From positions 9,798,001 through 9,862,000 of the forward strand of contig NC_045698.1 of assembly GCF_009834535.1 (NCBI RefSeq): a stretch of 64,000 nt of DNA, given 5' to 3'. The first letter of the stretch is position 1. Each line of letters starts with the position of its first letter. Origin of the DNA: Camelus ferus. Taxonomy: Eukaryota. The translations under genes and the position numbers were made by a program. Of the stretch, positions 1 to 13,470 are shown one piece after another. The notes beneath the pieces were generated by a model. The model searched no databases and was not told the DNA's origin. It saw nothing but the letters and a program-made list of their open reading frames with translations.

Positions 1-139
1 AGTTATTATTGTGTTATCTTGAGAGATACACACTCACATATTTACAGACAGAGCAAGGAAAAATGTTTCTCTTTGGTATGACTTTTGATATATGTGTGTG
101 TCTAGGAATATTCCCTTCTATACCACTAACATCATAAGC

Positions 140-335
140 TTTAAGTCCTTGAGCTTGGGTTACAATTCTGATTGTTTGACTTCTTAGGTGTGTGATCTGG
201 GGAAAAGATTTAACTTCTCCCAAACTCAGGTTCCTCATCTGCAAAATGAGAGTACTAAATTGCAAGATTTAAATGAAATAATGCATGTAAATTGCCTAGC
301 AGAGCACCTGAGATATGAGAGATGCTAAGTAATTT
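140..335 (+). mobile_element. MIR SINE
   Basis: MIR core tgtgtgatctgggg...ctcaggttcctcatctgcaaaatg and 3' taatgcatgtaaa...gcacctg. Confidence 0.75.
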
Positions 336-496
336 CCTTCCCTACGTACAATCTAAAAATACAGAGCTGGAGGGGATTAGTCCCTACGCAAAAGAACCCT
401 CCTAAGTACATTATCCTTACAGGGTTTCCACTTGCCAATTATAACTGTGCACAACAATAAAGTGATTAGGCAGAACACGGAGCAACTTAAACATAC

Positions 497-709
497 TTTT
501 TTCCACCCAGCAGGAATTCTGGCGTCAAACATGCAATTCAGTGCATCTCGTAAATTTTCACTCATTATGATGGTGCCGTCAATGGCAAGTTTCAGTTCAG
601 TCAGGGTGCTTCGGACGAGGGTGAGTACCCGTTGCATTCTGTCTATCTCCTGCCTGAGGAAAATATTCATCGGCTGGAAAGGCCCCATCTTCTGCAGCCT
701 TTCTTTTAC
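497..709 (-). CDS. DNAH5: DNAH5 exon ~76 (213 nt): [24 protein letters not shown]...IPAGWKK
   Basis: Acceptor ggcag|, donor |gtatgt. Confidence 0.95.
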
Positions 710-1033
710 CTGCCATGGAGACAGACATCCAGCACGTAAAAAATTAGACGGCTACTAATATATATGTAACTAGTGCCCAGGGGCTTCTGAAAGGGCCCAC
801 AACTTTACAATTCCATATATAGGAAACTTTTTTTTTTCACTGCCAGGAAACCAAGAAGAAATTTTAAAAAGAAATATCTATTAGATGACCAGCTGATTTT
901 TCATCCCAGGTGGGAGAGAACAGGCAGCCATTAATTCACAGAAAAATCTAAAATGCATGGTCACAACCACACAGCCTTCCAAACGGCAACTGCACTGCCT
1001 GGGAAATATTCACTTACTGCCAATCTAAGACCC

Positions 1034-1103
1034 GCACACACACACACACGGACACACATGAACACACGGACATGGACACACACAGACATGTGTACCCATA
1101 CAC
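1034..1103. repeat. Degenerate (CA)n microsatellite
   Basis: cacacacacacacacggacacacatgaacacac... Confidence 0.7.
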
Positions 1104-2330
1104 AACCATCATATTCTCTGTCTCAAAAAAGAAAAAAAACTAGACTTCTGTTTTAAAGCTTTCTGTCTTTTCCATCAAAGGATCTATCCATCCATCCAGC
1201 CAGCCATTCATCTCCATCTCATAAGGATATATTGAGAGTCTTTTGTGGGTCAGATATGATGCCAGACTGAGTTGCTTTATCCTAAGGAAATTCAGCAAGA
1301 GGAAGGAGACTCTTCTAAACCCCATACTTACCATGTTTATTTAGGTAATTATCAGTATATCTTGGGCATTTTTATTGCTTTATAAATATTTCGACCCCTG
1401 TTAGACATGAATGACTGCTTTTCTGATACTGTAATGAACGGGGCTCATGAAGGCTGATCGCAACATTGATTTTCTCCAAGCAAGTGATCAGAGTTTCTTC
1501 CAGGGGAAATTATTCCCTTGGTGAGATTTCCTTGAGGTCAGTCTACAGTACTAGCAGCCAAAATGACCTGTTTCATGGAAAATAATAGGATGCTGAAGAA
1601 ACAAAATGCTAGAGGTTTTCTTTTGAAAACCAGCTAGAAAGGGCAATATTTAAAAAATGATTGCTCTGTGACAAAAAATGTCTTTCACTCAGTCCAGGTC
1701 ATTTCTTAAGTAAGCCACTTACTTTTTGCTTTTATCGAAGATTTAAACATGTTATCGGGTAAATCTTTTCACAATATTTGCTAAAATGTCTCAAAAATTA
1801 ACTTTCATAATTATCAGTTTTGCTTAGAAGTTACTTGCATAGTAAAAAGATAAATCCATTTTCAAAAGCCTTGAGATGAGGAAGCTGCAGAGTTAATGAT
1901 ATAACTACAGACTCCCTGAAATTAAGAAGGCCTGAATTTTAGGGTGCGCATTAAATTGCATAACACTTTTTAAATAATTCTCGCTTTACTCTAAGAATAC
2001 ATTATTTTCCTTCGAACAGATGATAATCTGAAGTACCTCAAGGGAAGGTTCTAAAAAAGCAGTCCTAACCCATCAGCACACACTTGCAGTTTAGTTATGA
2101 AATTAGCATTCTCATCAGGTTTCTTTATTGTTTATATCTTGAAATGATTACATTTTCAGATTCAAAAATGTCTTTTTCTGGTTCTTCAGGAAGTGAAGTT
2201 TTTGAAGGATTTTTTAAATTTCAGAAAAATTATTCTTTGCCCTCCTCCCTTCATCCCCAGTCCCCCACCCCCACCCCACACCAACCAGACACAGCCACAG
2301 CGACGTTTTGTCAGGATGACGTCAACTCAC

Positions 2331-2546
2331 TTCAAATGGACCATAGCCGGGGGGCAGCTTTTCTAGCATATCATCAGCCAGCCGGGCCACCACCGCCTCC
2401 CGGGTCTCGTCCCCGCCACCAGAGCTGTCCTTGGGCTGGATGCCCAGGATGGTGTCCAGCACATCCTTGGCCAGCTTGCTCTGGTAGGTGATGTCAGCGT
2501 TGGGGTGCAGTCCAAACACCTCGGGACTGTCATAGGTGGGCAAACT
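2331..2546 (-). CDS. DNAH5: DNAH5 exon ~75 (216 nt): [19 protein letters not shown]...[10 protein letters not shown]
   Basis: Acceptor ttcag|, donor |gtgagt; FGLHPNA motif. Confidence 0.95.
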
Positions 2547-3637
2547 CTGAACAACAAATACCCCAGGTAAGCACAGACTGCTGACCCAAGCACCAGTTCC
2601 GTGACACTGTCTTAGGAAATCAACATGCTTTTATTAGGACAAGCATTTACATGACACGCCTTATTTGTGGCAGGCCACAATCAATAATCTCTACGCGAAA
2701 GCATCAAAAGTTGCCATGAAGAAAATTAACCCATAGACTCACACCTCTTTAATGTCTGCCCCTCAAGCAAATTTAATCAGAGACACGATCTTGTTTCATA
2801 ACATGTTTGTGAGATGGGAAGGGAACTATAGACTGGTATTTTGCTTTCTGAAGGTCTCATCTAATTCAAACCGATTTTTTAAATAAATGGTGTATAACTA
2901 ATGGTTACTAAAAATGACAGTTTTAGCAATGATGGCCCAAAACAGACCAGAGGTAAGAAATGGATTCTCCCAAGGAGGAAGACAGAGACTAGGAAAAGCG
3001 GGAAATACTGAAAGAGCAGCAGAGTTAGAAAAACAGACAGCAGGAGGCAAGGAGAAGCACGGCTAGCAGGTAAACATCCCTCAGCTACTTGAAAAAACGC
3101 TCTCCTACAATTTGACATACATTTATTTCTGTGTGTGAATTGTATCCCTAACTTTATTCATGTTTTCCCTCCCTTCTAGTCCATGATTTTATTCCTTTTT
3201 ACATAATGCCTTCTTGTGAGTTACCTAAAATTCATTGTGAAATGAGGAGTATATAAATAAATATATGTACAGGCAGATCTAAATTTATACCTTCAAAGGC
3301 ACTTCTCCTATTCAGGGCTAACGATTTAGAGACACATCTAGTACAGTTAAGACAAATATATTCGTAGATTTGAATTAATAAAAGTGTAGGGGTGGTAATA
3401 TATGATAAACTCATTACACTCATATATCACAGAAACCTCTAAATGTACTGATAAATTTAGCTCTCTGGGGCTCTTGTGTTTTAGTTTGTTCACCTGAGAT
3501 AAATCTTAGGGGCATAAGAGATCACTAAATAGTGATCTAATGAATTCAAGGTATAGAGACAGAAAATGTAGTTACCTTGGAGCACAAATCAGATATTTTC
3601 TCAAATTTCTTGTCAAACTCTTATTCCTTCTTAGAGG

Positions 3638-3850
3638 AGTGCTTCTCAGTCGGAGGTGATTTTGCCCCCCACCAAGGACATTTGGCGATGTCTGGAGGTG
3701 TCTTAGGTTGTCACAACCAGGTAGGGAGTGTTACTGACACCTAGTAGGTAGAGGCCGGGGATTCTGCTGACCGGTCTACACAGGACAGCCCCCCACTGAG
3801 AGGAGGTACCCAGCTCTGAATGTCAACGGTGCCGAGGCTGAGACATTCAG
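3638..3850 (+). mobile_element. MER20 (hAT-Charlie DNA transposon)
   Basis: Matches the recalled MER20 consensus: gattttgcccccc..ggacatttggc.atgtctgga...gtagaggcc.ggga...aatgtcaa..gtgccgagg.tgaga. Confidence 0.85.
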
Positions 3851-4340
3851 TCTTACAGGAAGCTCTTATACAGAGTGTGTTCCCAAACATACTCAGATGC
3901 TCTTCATTAGGCTAAGATTAAGGAACGGATGTTGCGGGATAAGAGAAGTGGGTAGAGAGTTGAGTCTAGAGGCTGTCTTTGCAACCTCAGGTAGCTGAAG
4001 TCTCACAGGGAGAGCACCCCAGGGGACTTGTGTAGGTTCCCTGGTTCCAAATCTGCTCAATCTGTCATCTCCCCAAAGGATATTCCTCACTGAGGCATTA
4101 AAAGAGAAGGGAAGGAGGGAACTCACGCAAAACACACACTGAGAACAAACATAAACATTTTAATTATAAAATGAATATAAACATGAAGAAAGAAACTACG
4201 GTGCTTGAGACCTTCCATGTCCAGTATGTATCACTATTAAAATGTATGTTTAAAGAAATACATGTAGTATAAATAAATACCAAAGAAGTCAACTGGCCAT
4301 AGACATTTGCCCTGTGCATAAAGTTCTGAAGATGACAAAC

Positions 4341-4544
4341 CTGGATATAGTGAAGATAGTTGTCCACCGTGCTGCATTTTGGAATATTATATCCTTGGTA
4401 AAAATTGAAATCTGGTCCAAACATATTTTCACTGAACCAAACCTTAGCAAGTGTGTTCAGCAATCTCTTGTCGTAGTCATCAGTGACTCTGCCTCCGTAC
4501 TGGATCTCTCCTATCATGTAGCGGACGGTGGTCCAGGAGACACC
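4341..4544 (-). CDS. DNAH5: DNAH5 exon ~74 (204 nt): [29 protein letters not shown]...YIQ
   Basis: Acceptor ctcag|, donor |gtttgt; YGGRVTD motif. Confidence 0.95.
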
Positions 4545-5185
4545 CTGAGGAAATTTGTAGAATAATTGTGCAAAACTGACCGCTGTCTCATCCCCATTTG
4601 CCTCACCACGTAACATCCATATGCTCGTTGTCATCAATGTCATTAATTCCTCATTCATTCAGTCATTCCTCAGTAATGTGAAAAGTGCAGAAAGAAAATT
4701 AAATAGGCAAACATGAGAGGTCACTCAATGCTCATGATTATGATTTGAAATAGATTCTCTTGGTGCATTTACACGTTATCATATTTTAATTTCAGCAGAA
4801 AAAAAATTTTTTTTTTTAAATTTTGGGGCCATTCTTTAAATATTACACCCTTCAAAAGTGATCTAGACTCTGATATTCAGTGTTCAGGACTTTAAGAAAC
4901 AAGTTTCCTTACCAACTCCCTCCACCCTCCAATAGATCCTGGCAGGTTGTCTATATACATAATGTCAACTTGCCTTTGAGAAGTAAAAAGATAATCAAAA
5001 CTTGTCCATTTTCCCCCCTGAAATCAAGAGGTTAGTGTGACCCAAGTTGCTATGACTTAAAAAGAATGACTTTGCAAGCACAGAAAATCATCATTCTTAC
5101 AGGATTTACCCCAAGGCTGGGCAGTCTTAGCTCGAGGACCCAAGACCACAGTCACCAGTGGCACGAAGCAGTGTGCACACAGTAC

Positions 5186-5391
5186 CTTTTTGAGATCCAT
5201 GTCATCTAGGTGGTTTTGGATGAACTGCACCGTGGCGTTAAAGTCGGCTTGGTTAAATTCATAGGGGATGTTCCAGCCCAGGGGGCCGAACTTGCGCCGC
5301 TCCTGGACCGTGGAGTGGAGGAAAGCCACGGCGTACAGCAGGGGCTTCCACTGGGCCACGGCGCTCACATCCAGCAGGTCTTGGCTCACGC
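5186..5391 (-). CDS. DNAH5: DNAH5 exon ~73 (206 nt): VSQDLLDV...[24 protein letters not shown]...DLKK
   Basis: Acceptor aacag|, donor |gtactg. Confidence 0.95.
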
Positions 5392-5839
5392 CTGTTGGGG
5401 TCCGTTGTGTGAAAAACTGTATCATCTCTCAAACATCTTTATTTTCTACTACTTTTCTAAGTTATTAGTTATTTTTGTAAATTCTTGATATGAAACTTCA
5501 CTGACCTTGAATTATTTTGATCATATTCATATGACAATTATGACTTCACTTTTGGGTATTCCCTCGAAAACGTATGCAAAGAGACTTGAGGGGAGTGGGG
5601 GATTGCTAATATGGACCAAGTTCCTGTCAACCTACCAAAATAATATGGGGATAAAATAGAAGTGGAAGAATCATGGCAGTAAAATAAGTACTATGACTAT
5701 TACTACTACTACTAATAATAATGCTTATTGTTGTTGTTATTACTGTCAGGGGCACGTACACAGGTTGCAATGGCTCCAATAAACTCTATTAACAATTTAA
5801 TATTAATTAAAATAGTGTATGTAGAAGCCCGTTGCTATT

Positions 5840-6045
5840 AAGAAGTACAACCTATTAGACATAAAATAAGCTACAAGGATGTATTGTACAACATGGGAAA
5901 TACAGCCAGTATTTTATAATAACTATAAATGGAGTGTAACCTTTAAACATTGTCAATCACTATATCATATACCTGTAACATATAATATTGTACAGTGATG
6001 GTACTTCAATTTAAAAAATTAAAAACAATAATAATAAAATATAAA
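5840..6045 (+). mobile_element. L1 3'UTR fragment with A-rich tail
   Basis: aaaataagctacaaggatgtattgtacaacatggg...tacttcaattt followed by an A-rich tail. Confidence 0.8.
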
Positions 6046-6334
6046 GAAGCCCACTGCAATCTGAGTATATTCCCCAAATATTAATTATGATTATTATATA
6101 TGTATATATTATATTGCATATATAAAATTACAAATTCTTTCATTTGCAATCTTTTTTCACTGACATCATCCTTCCACGTCTGTTTTATTGGCAAAAGTTT
6201 GAGCGTTGTTAACAACTCCAAGAAAAAATTTCTTTGTTGATTTTTCAGATTGACATGTAATAATTATTACATTGATCATTATTATTATTAAATATACTAT
6301 TTTAATTAAAATTTATTCCAACTGTCCTGGATAG

Positions 6335-6472
6335 TTTTCATTATCCCTATTTTAGATACGAGGAAACTGAAACTCAGGTCGTTTAAGTGACTCACACCCG
6401 AGAAAGCAAAGCATTTGTTCAGATAGGACCAGAATCAGGATTTCTGACCCCGAGGTTCACACTCTTTCCATG
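6335..6472 (-). mobile_element. MIR SINE
   Basis: attatccctattttagatacgaggaaactgaaactcag is the reverse MIR core. Confidence 0.7.
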
Positions 6473-7039
6473 ACTGTGAGTGTCAGACAGGAAGCTGTGA
6501 AACAGAGGGAGCAAATGTAAAGGGAATAACTCAGGTCCCACTGAGACACAAGGGGCATTTGGTCTGGTTTTGCTGCTAGTGTCTGGTTTCTAACTTAGCT
6601 AACATTCTGACAATCCGACTCACGTCTTCATGAAATGAAGGCAGGCCGCAACTTCCATTCAGCCTCTCCTCTTGGAAGGGGCTGCTGTCCGACTTTGGGT
6701 GTGGAGCATGAAGACCATCAACAATAGAATTATCAGTTTTAGATGGTCATGGAAAAAGGCAGGGGTCTAGTGGAGAACAGCATAGGCCAAAGCAGAGCAA
6801 TGGGGAGCTGGGAAAAACAAACAGGAAAAATACAAGGTGGGGTCCTGAGCTCTGGTGCCCTCCCACTGCCGGAGGTACTTAACGTGGAGCATGACAGAGG
6901 GCTGTCCCCCCGCCATCACTTCAAATAACAGTACCACTCGCTACAACTAGATCTTAGCTAACTCCTTTTCCATAATTTCTTTAAGGAAACAATTTAAGCA
7001 CAAGAACGCCCATAAGCTCAGAAGTATTCTTCGACTCAC

Positions 7040-7259
7040 CACCGTACGTTCTTTTCAGTCCTGCCCGGAGGCCCTGTGGAGGCTCATTGGCAAACTTAAT
7101 GGACATCTGGAGGAGTGTGATGGGAAACTGCTTATGAACCTCGGTGGTCATCCAGAGGCGGAAAGCATCATGTACGGTCTCTGTTTCCACAATTGTGTCC
7201 ATCAGCTCATCCATGAAATCCAGTCCCAGGTGGCAGTTCTGCAGAAGTGCCCATCCTCC
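7040..7259 (-). CDS. DNAH5: DNAH5 exon ~72 (220 nt), AAA6: [11 protein letters not shown]...FRLWMTT...[15 protein letters not shown]
   Basis: Acceptor cctag|, donor |gtgagt. Confidence 0.95.
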
Positions 7260-10200
7260 CTAGGTCAACAACGGGAAGTGGAAATTAGGCTATTCTTGTG
7301 TTTCACCCAGAGATGCAAATTAGTACGTTCTTTAGAAATCAAGTAGTTAAAATTTAATAGAAAAGCACTTTAAATTAATCAGGGTTAAATCTAAGGATAA
7401 AATAATGTCTGACAGAGGTATGCAACATTTTTGTTTTATTCCAGGTATGTGTCCTGCAATTGCAGTAATGATATATGCTAGGATTCATGAAAGTCACCAG
7501 ACTGAAACATAAAGAGAGATAACAGCACTTTGAAGAGAGGTGGTTGACTCAAAACATCCGTTTTAGCTCAGCTCCTTCCCCAAATTCCATGAAGGACAAA
7601 GATAATGAGGGTGAAGACAATTTCAATAACATTTAAAACAGACTCAAGAAAGCTGAACCCTAAACTGGCATTCATGGAGAGCAGAGACATAGCCTGATTT
7701 ATACCCAGTTACTCCCCACACACTCAAGAATGGGAGACAACGGTCCCTCTGAAAGTGGGAGAAGATGATGGACTAACACAAGGAGATTGCAAAGTCCAGA
7801 CCCCTGACGGGCTCCCCTAATGGAAGATGGAAAGTTGATTTTCTTCAGAAGGCAAAACAGACAGGGTTCCAAGTAGAGGACAGCAGACAGTTAAGAGTGT
7901 AAGGACTTCACTGAAAACAGGTGAAAGAAAGTTTACCTATTGAATTTTGAGACCTATTACCTCCCTTCTCAGAGTTCCCAGAACCCAGGCAGTGGGGCGT
8001 ATACACTCTGGAAGGTGAAAGAATCTTCTCTGGGGAACCTGACCACTCTAAGAACAAGAGGCTTAGAAAATAGTAAGCCGTATCTCTTGTGTAAATCATT
8101 CTATGAGGATAAGAAGATTCCTTGGGTAAAGCTACACAGGCAACAATCTAGGTCGTGCAACAATAATTAACTCAGTATCTAGTCTATAGAATATTTTTAC
8201 TAAAATCATCTACAATATCCGATCATAATCTTGAGTTGTTTTCTTGACTCTGCAACTTCCAATTATTTAGATTTAATTAGTGGAACCTGAGATATTTTTC
8301 TTTTCAAGAAACAAACTAAGCACCAGATCTAAAAATCCTAGTAGAGTAACAAAAAAAACTGATGATTTTGGAATTTCACATATTCCCTTAGCTTTTCTTA
8401 GAAGTATACAGCACTGCTGAGGGAATAACTTTTTTTTGTCCCACAAACATTTAATTGACACTGTCCATCATTCAAACAAAGGAGAAATTAAATGTGACAC
8501 AAGCACAAAGAGGCTTCAGAGGCTCGGTGTCACCCAGCACACAGGCGGCTCCTGATTAAAGCTTCTTAGGGGAGATCTTTGAGGCGTCAATCTTCACCCA
8601 CGGGATCCCTTCGCCAAGGCTGTTTCTTTGTTGTCACCACTTTCTATGTTAAATGTTTTGCATTTTTACTGAGCAGATTATCCATTTTGCTGTTCTTGGG
8701 TAGCTGGTCCATTCTGTCTTAGCGCCTCGAACGTTTCTCACAAAACTTTTTAAAACCACTATCATCTCTGACAAGTTATAAGCATGCTGAGAATAAAAAT
8801 AAAGATTTGCTTAAATTTTACTTGAAATTTGACTACAAAACAGAAAGCATGGATCAACTGAAGGCCAAAAAAATCCCATTTAAATTCTAATTGAGTTGCT
8901 GAAACTGTAATTATTAGTCACACCATTATTTATTTTAAACTCAAGTTAAACAAGCGGCCTGTGCCTGTGAGTGTTTTTGTTCTAAGTACAGCGCTGTGCA
9001 GAGGGAGGGATGGAGGAAGGAGCCAGGATGGAGGTCCACCAAACCCTCATGTTGGACCAGACCTGGGATTCTCAAACATGGTGGAATTTTTTCATCTCTA
9101 AAGGTATTTAAATCACACGCTTTCTGCCTTCCCCCTCCTAACTGCAAACCAAGTGCATCAGACACAGCACAGCACACGTGAGAGGCCCCTCCCTTTCATC
9201 AAAGCTGGGGCAGGGCACAGCTTGAGGATGGAAGAGCCTCGAAGTAAATATGGAGGTTCTGGAACCCAGTGGGCTCAGTTCTAGACCGGGGGAGGGACCA
9301 GGATGCAGTAAGGTTCTAGATTCAGCAGCTGCACCCTAGAACCCAGTGGTTTCACGGTGAGCCTAGTGTCTGGGGGTTGCAGGGAGACAGCCAGTCCTAT
9401 CCTCAGTGGGAGGCATTCCCTGGAGGGCACAGAGGAGTTTTGAGATATTGGGAGGAGAGCTCAGACTCAGGGAAGGAAGGTCAGGGTCTGCTCCCTAAAA
9501 AGGGCAGAAAAGCATCTGGACCAAGACTGCACGTTGTCCAGTAGGAATGAGAAGCCAAGTGGTTCTTCCACCTCTTGCTTGACCAAAGTGTGGAGGAAGA
9601 GGAGACCAGGGATGGAGGCACCCCCTGGGCAGAGTCGGGCACCCCAGAGAAGGCTAGATTAATGTACACGCAGAGGGTTCTGTCCTGGAGCTTGAGTTCT
9701 AGAGACGAAATAGGACCTTCTGTATTCAGTTACCTTAAATCCCTAAAAGTGCCTCAGCTCTAGATTTGACTGTCCCAGGAGCAGGGTCACCACGTGTCTC
9801 CAGCGATGGTGGCCCCCGGGCCAGGCCTGAGCACGGCATGCTCTGTACACTGCGGAATTTGCAAGCTGCAAAGGGCTCTAGGAGCCCCACCTGGAAGGCA
9901 ACAGGCCAGGTTTCCTGAAACCTCTGCGACCACCACAGGGTAAGGGTAAGATTCCTGGCGTCTGGGATCCGGGCCAGGCCTAGGGGACTCCAGGATACAG
10001 ATTACGCACTCTGGAACCCCAGAAAGGCACGGTGTTGTGGATTCAGGAGTGTTGTAGATTCCAAGAGCAGCGCTGGAGGGGCTGAAGGGTGTGGTGGAAA
10101 CAGGGAGCTGCGAACCCCCCAGAGGGTTCGGGATCCGGAGTGGGCTTTAGCTCTACGCAAACTGGTCGGGAAATAAGATGTTCCGACTGGGCACGTTTTC

Positions 10201-10401
10201 CATAAGTCAAGGATCAGTAGAAAAAGTTTTAAATTGCATTCATTTTTCCGTGAATATTTTCTATTCAATATCATGCTTTTCCCTATTTAGTAAACAGCGT
10301 GCGGTACATTGATCTGAACAATTTACAGGTTCTTTTCTGCACTGCTCTTTTAGAACCTGTAACATCAACATCACAACACAAAAGTAGACATTTGGCCTTA
10401 C

Positions 10402-10647
10402 GTTCACCATGGTTTGCTGCAAGAGCTTGCGAGCATGCACCTCCTGGCCCTGGCCCACTGACACGTAACGGGTTTCTATTTTAAGTCTCTTTCCCAAGGC
10501 GATGATGGAATCTGTAGGATCTGAGCCCATAGACAGGAGACAGATGAGTGGTGTCCGTGGGTCAGATTCCTCCCACGTCTTCTCCAGGTCCAGGAGAACT
10601 CCTTCTGCATAGTTTTCTCCCATGGCATCCACGATGTACTTGCGGGC
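10402..10647 (-). CDS. DNAH5: DNAH5 exon ~71 (246 nt), AAA6: [10 protein letters not shown]...[12 protein letters not shown]...VSVGQGQ...TMVN
   Basis: Acceptor ggcag|, donor |gtaagg; AAA6 GSDP and GQGQ motifs. Confidence 0.95.
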
Positions 10648-10961
10648 CTGCCAAAAACAGTACACAAGTGACCGAAACTGGTTCCAGCCCCTTCATGTTA
10701 TGTATAATCCAGTGTGGTTCCAAAATTCATTTTTGTAGATTATCTCAATCACGTCCACAGTAACCCTGCCAGAGAAATAGAGCAGAGGCTTTTCTCTTGT
10801 TTGTTCATTTGTTTGTTTGAAGCCCCACTGCACAGACTGGGAGGCTGAGTTACTTGGCAAACACACGATCACACAGGAAAAAGACCAGAACTCACGTTGG
10901 CTGACTTTTTGTCTGGGACCTGTTTCAATACACTGGCTGCTTCATGCTATACAAAAAAAAC

Positions 10962-11020
10962 CTTTTTTTAACTGAAGTGTAGTTGATTTCCAATATTAGT
11001 TTCAGATGTATTGCAAAGTG

Positions 11021-11060
<40 letters not shown>

Positions 11061-11240
11061 CACACACACACATATACACACATTTTATCACATAGGAAAC
11101 AAACTATGGTTACCAAAGGGGTAGGGGGGAGGGATAAATTAGGAGTTTTGGATTAACATACACACATTACTATATATAAAACATATAAATAGCAAGGCTC
11201 TACTGTATAGCACAGGGAACTATATTTAATTTCTCATAAA
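10962..11240 (-). mobile_element. Short 5'-inverted L1 3' end with an internal (TA)n(CA)n tract
   Basis: 10962-11030 is the L1 terminus on the minus strand; ~11090-11240 is the adjacent upstream 3'UTR segment on the plus strand. Confidence 0.75.
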
Positions 11241-13189
11241 AAATGCTAATTAGGAAACTCTATTATTGAGGATGCTTTAAGGGGAAAGTATATGCATTCA
11301 AATAATCCAGTAAGCAGTACAATGCCTGCTTGTTTATCAAAGAACTAATTACTGAATAACTACTTACTGAAGGAAATTTACTGGAGACTTGTTGAATTAA
11401 TTAATTAATTTTTTAAAGATTTAATCCATAGTCTTTCTCCTAATCACTATTATCATTCCTTTTCATTTTCTGCTTTCCCCTTTAATGTCTTTTTTTTTTA
11501 ACTTAAATCTGTGTTTACAATATCAGACTTTGTCACCTATTATTATCAACCACATAAAAACTATTTCTAGTAACAACACAGTGCTTTTTCAAACAAGGTA
11601 AAAGAATTAATATCTACAATACTTTTGTGAGTATGACCTTTAGTCTACAATTTCTTCCTAGTAAATAACTGGATTCCCTCAAAGAAAAATTTCCTCCTGA
11701 TACCTTCTCCCACCACATGGGAGTAAAAGCCAAGTTCGTCCCCACAATGGAATTCCCTGGAAAAGCTGTTCTCACATAACAAGCAGAGCCCAGTTGCAAG
11801 TGCACTATGACGTGGAACCTTCCAAGGGCTGGGTAGGTAAGCCTCCCCGCTCCCATTCTCAGAGACACAAGACAACTTCCTGAAATCAGACAGCCTTCAG
11901 ATAGACCTGGACCAAAGGGTGACTGGAGCTGGTTAAATAGTTTTCTTTGCCTTAAAAAACAGCCAGAGTTTAATTCCAGCCAGCAATACAGGTTTTTCCT
12001 CCATTTTGCATACCTAGCTATGCTCCACACATCCTCAGAGTGATCGTTGGACCCCAGGTCTCTGAGGTTACTAACTGAGAGGATGTCCCCCACTCATGTT
12101 TGCTCTCTTTGCAGGTTAGAGTGAGAAGGCAGTGGATACAGTAAGAACATCTTCCAGCTCCCCTATCTCCTCTTCTGTCTCTGTTAGAAGAGGAAAGGGG
12201 TGCTGTGTCTAGAGGATTGAATGCCCAAAGTGTTTCTACTTCCTGGTTCCTCCTGGTTTGTGGAGACTCCCCTCAAAAGCCTGACCATCCACATTACAGA
12301 GTAAAGATTCCTCTTTAAAAGCAGTCTGTCATGAAATCACCATTTCTCCCACAAGAACACACAAACAAAAATGACAATTTCCATCCCCTAAACTCATAGC
12401 AGCTCATTCAAAAGGGCTGGGCCATTTTGCTCTGGGGTCCCTTCTCCTTCTTCTCAAGTCGTAATCCCTGACCATGATGTCCAGGTCACCAAACCTGTGG
12501 CAGATTAAGTGGTACATCAATTTGGTAGAGTGCACAGGTTTTCCTGCCTTGGCAATTATCTCAAAATGACTCCCCAGAGGTCCCAGACGTGGCTGGCAGG
12601 GCTCGGCCAGTGGCAATGAAATGACCAAACAGCACTTGGGCCCCTCACTCATGAAGATGCTCACCCACCCTACCCTTCTTCTCCTTTACGAGCTCCAGTG
12701 CTTGGGAGAAGTTCCGAGGAGGTGGAGATTAGTCCAACTGCATTGGGAGCAGAAGACACCACTTGTTTTTGTATCTGTCAATTTTTTTTTTTAGGTTGGC
12801 CAGATCCAGTATCGAATTCCTTAGCCAGAGTATAAACACCTACACGTTTTTTACAGCCTTCTGACGGGTACTTCAAAAGTTTGCCTGACATGTCCCTTAG
12901 CTTCTCCAAAAGTCTACTCTGTGTACACATTCGGTCACTCAGGCGTTGTGCTCTGTGGTCAGGAAGGACTTCAAAGCCTGGACGCTCAGGTGTTCCACAG
13001 GAGGCAGTCGCTTGTTGGCCACAGATACCTGCCATCAGTGCAGCATCTCTACAGTGTACTCGTCAAGATCCGGGTGCTTCGTACTGTAGCACAGCAAGGA
13101 GCTCAAAATGGCTACTCTTGCCATACACCTCAGCACTGACCCAACGTGGGCTTTCCATTCAAGCTACAAGTTAACACACTGTTATGCAC

Positions 13190-13470
13190 ATCAGGGGCCA
13201 GGTGCTAAATATTGCAGGCTTTGGTGGCCATATATGCTCTGTTCCAGCCACTCTACCTACCTCCCATTGTAGCACAAAAGCAAGCCACAGATAGTCCATA
13301 AACAAATGAACATGCCTACGTTCCAATAAAACTTTATAGACACTGGAATTTGAACGTTATATAATTTTTACATATCACAAGATATTATTCTTCTTGTGTT
13401 TTTCCCCAAGCATTTAAAAATATAAAAACCATTCTTAGCTCACCTGTACATAAACAGGCAGATGCACAAG
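13190..13470 (+). mobile_element. MER58B-like (hAT-Charlie)
   Basis: gggccagg...taaatatt.caggctttg.tggcca...gttccaataaaacttta...gaatttgaa...aaaaccattcttagctc. Confidence 0.75.

Noticed and set aside
4164..4658. 164-aa ORF as an extended exon
   Set aside because: Only 4341-4544 is dynein-like; the rest is intronic read-through.
7520..8200. Possible old L1 5' region or HAL1 remnant
   Set aside because: The resemblance is too weak to call without a profile search.
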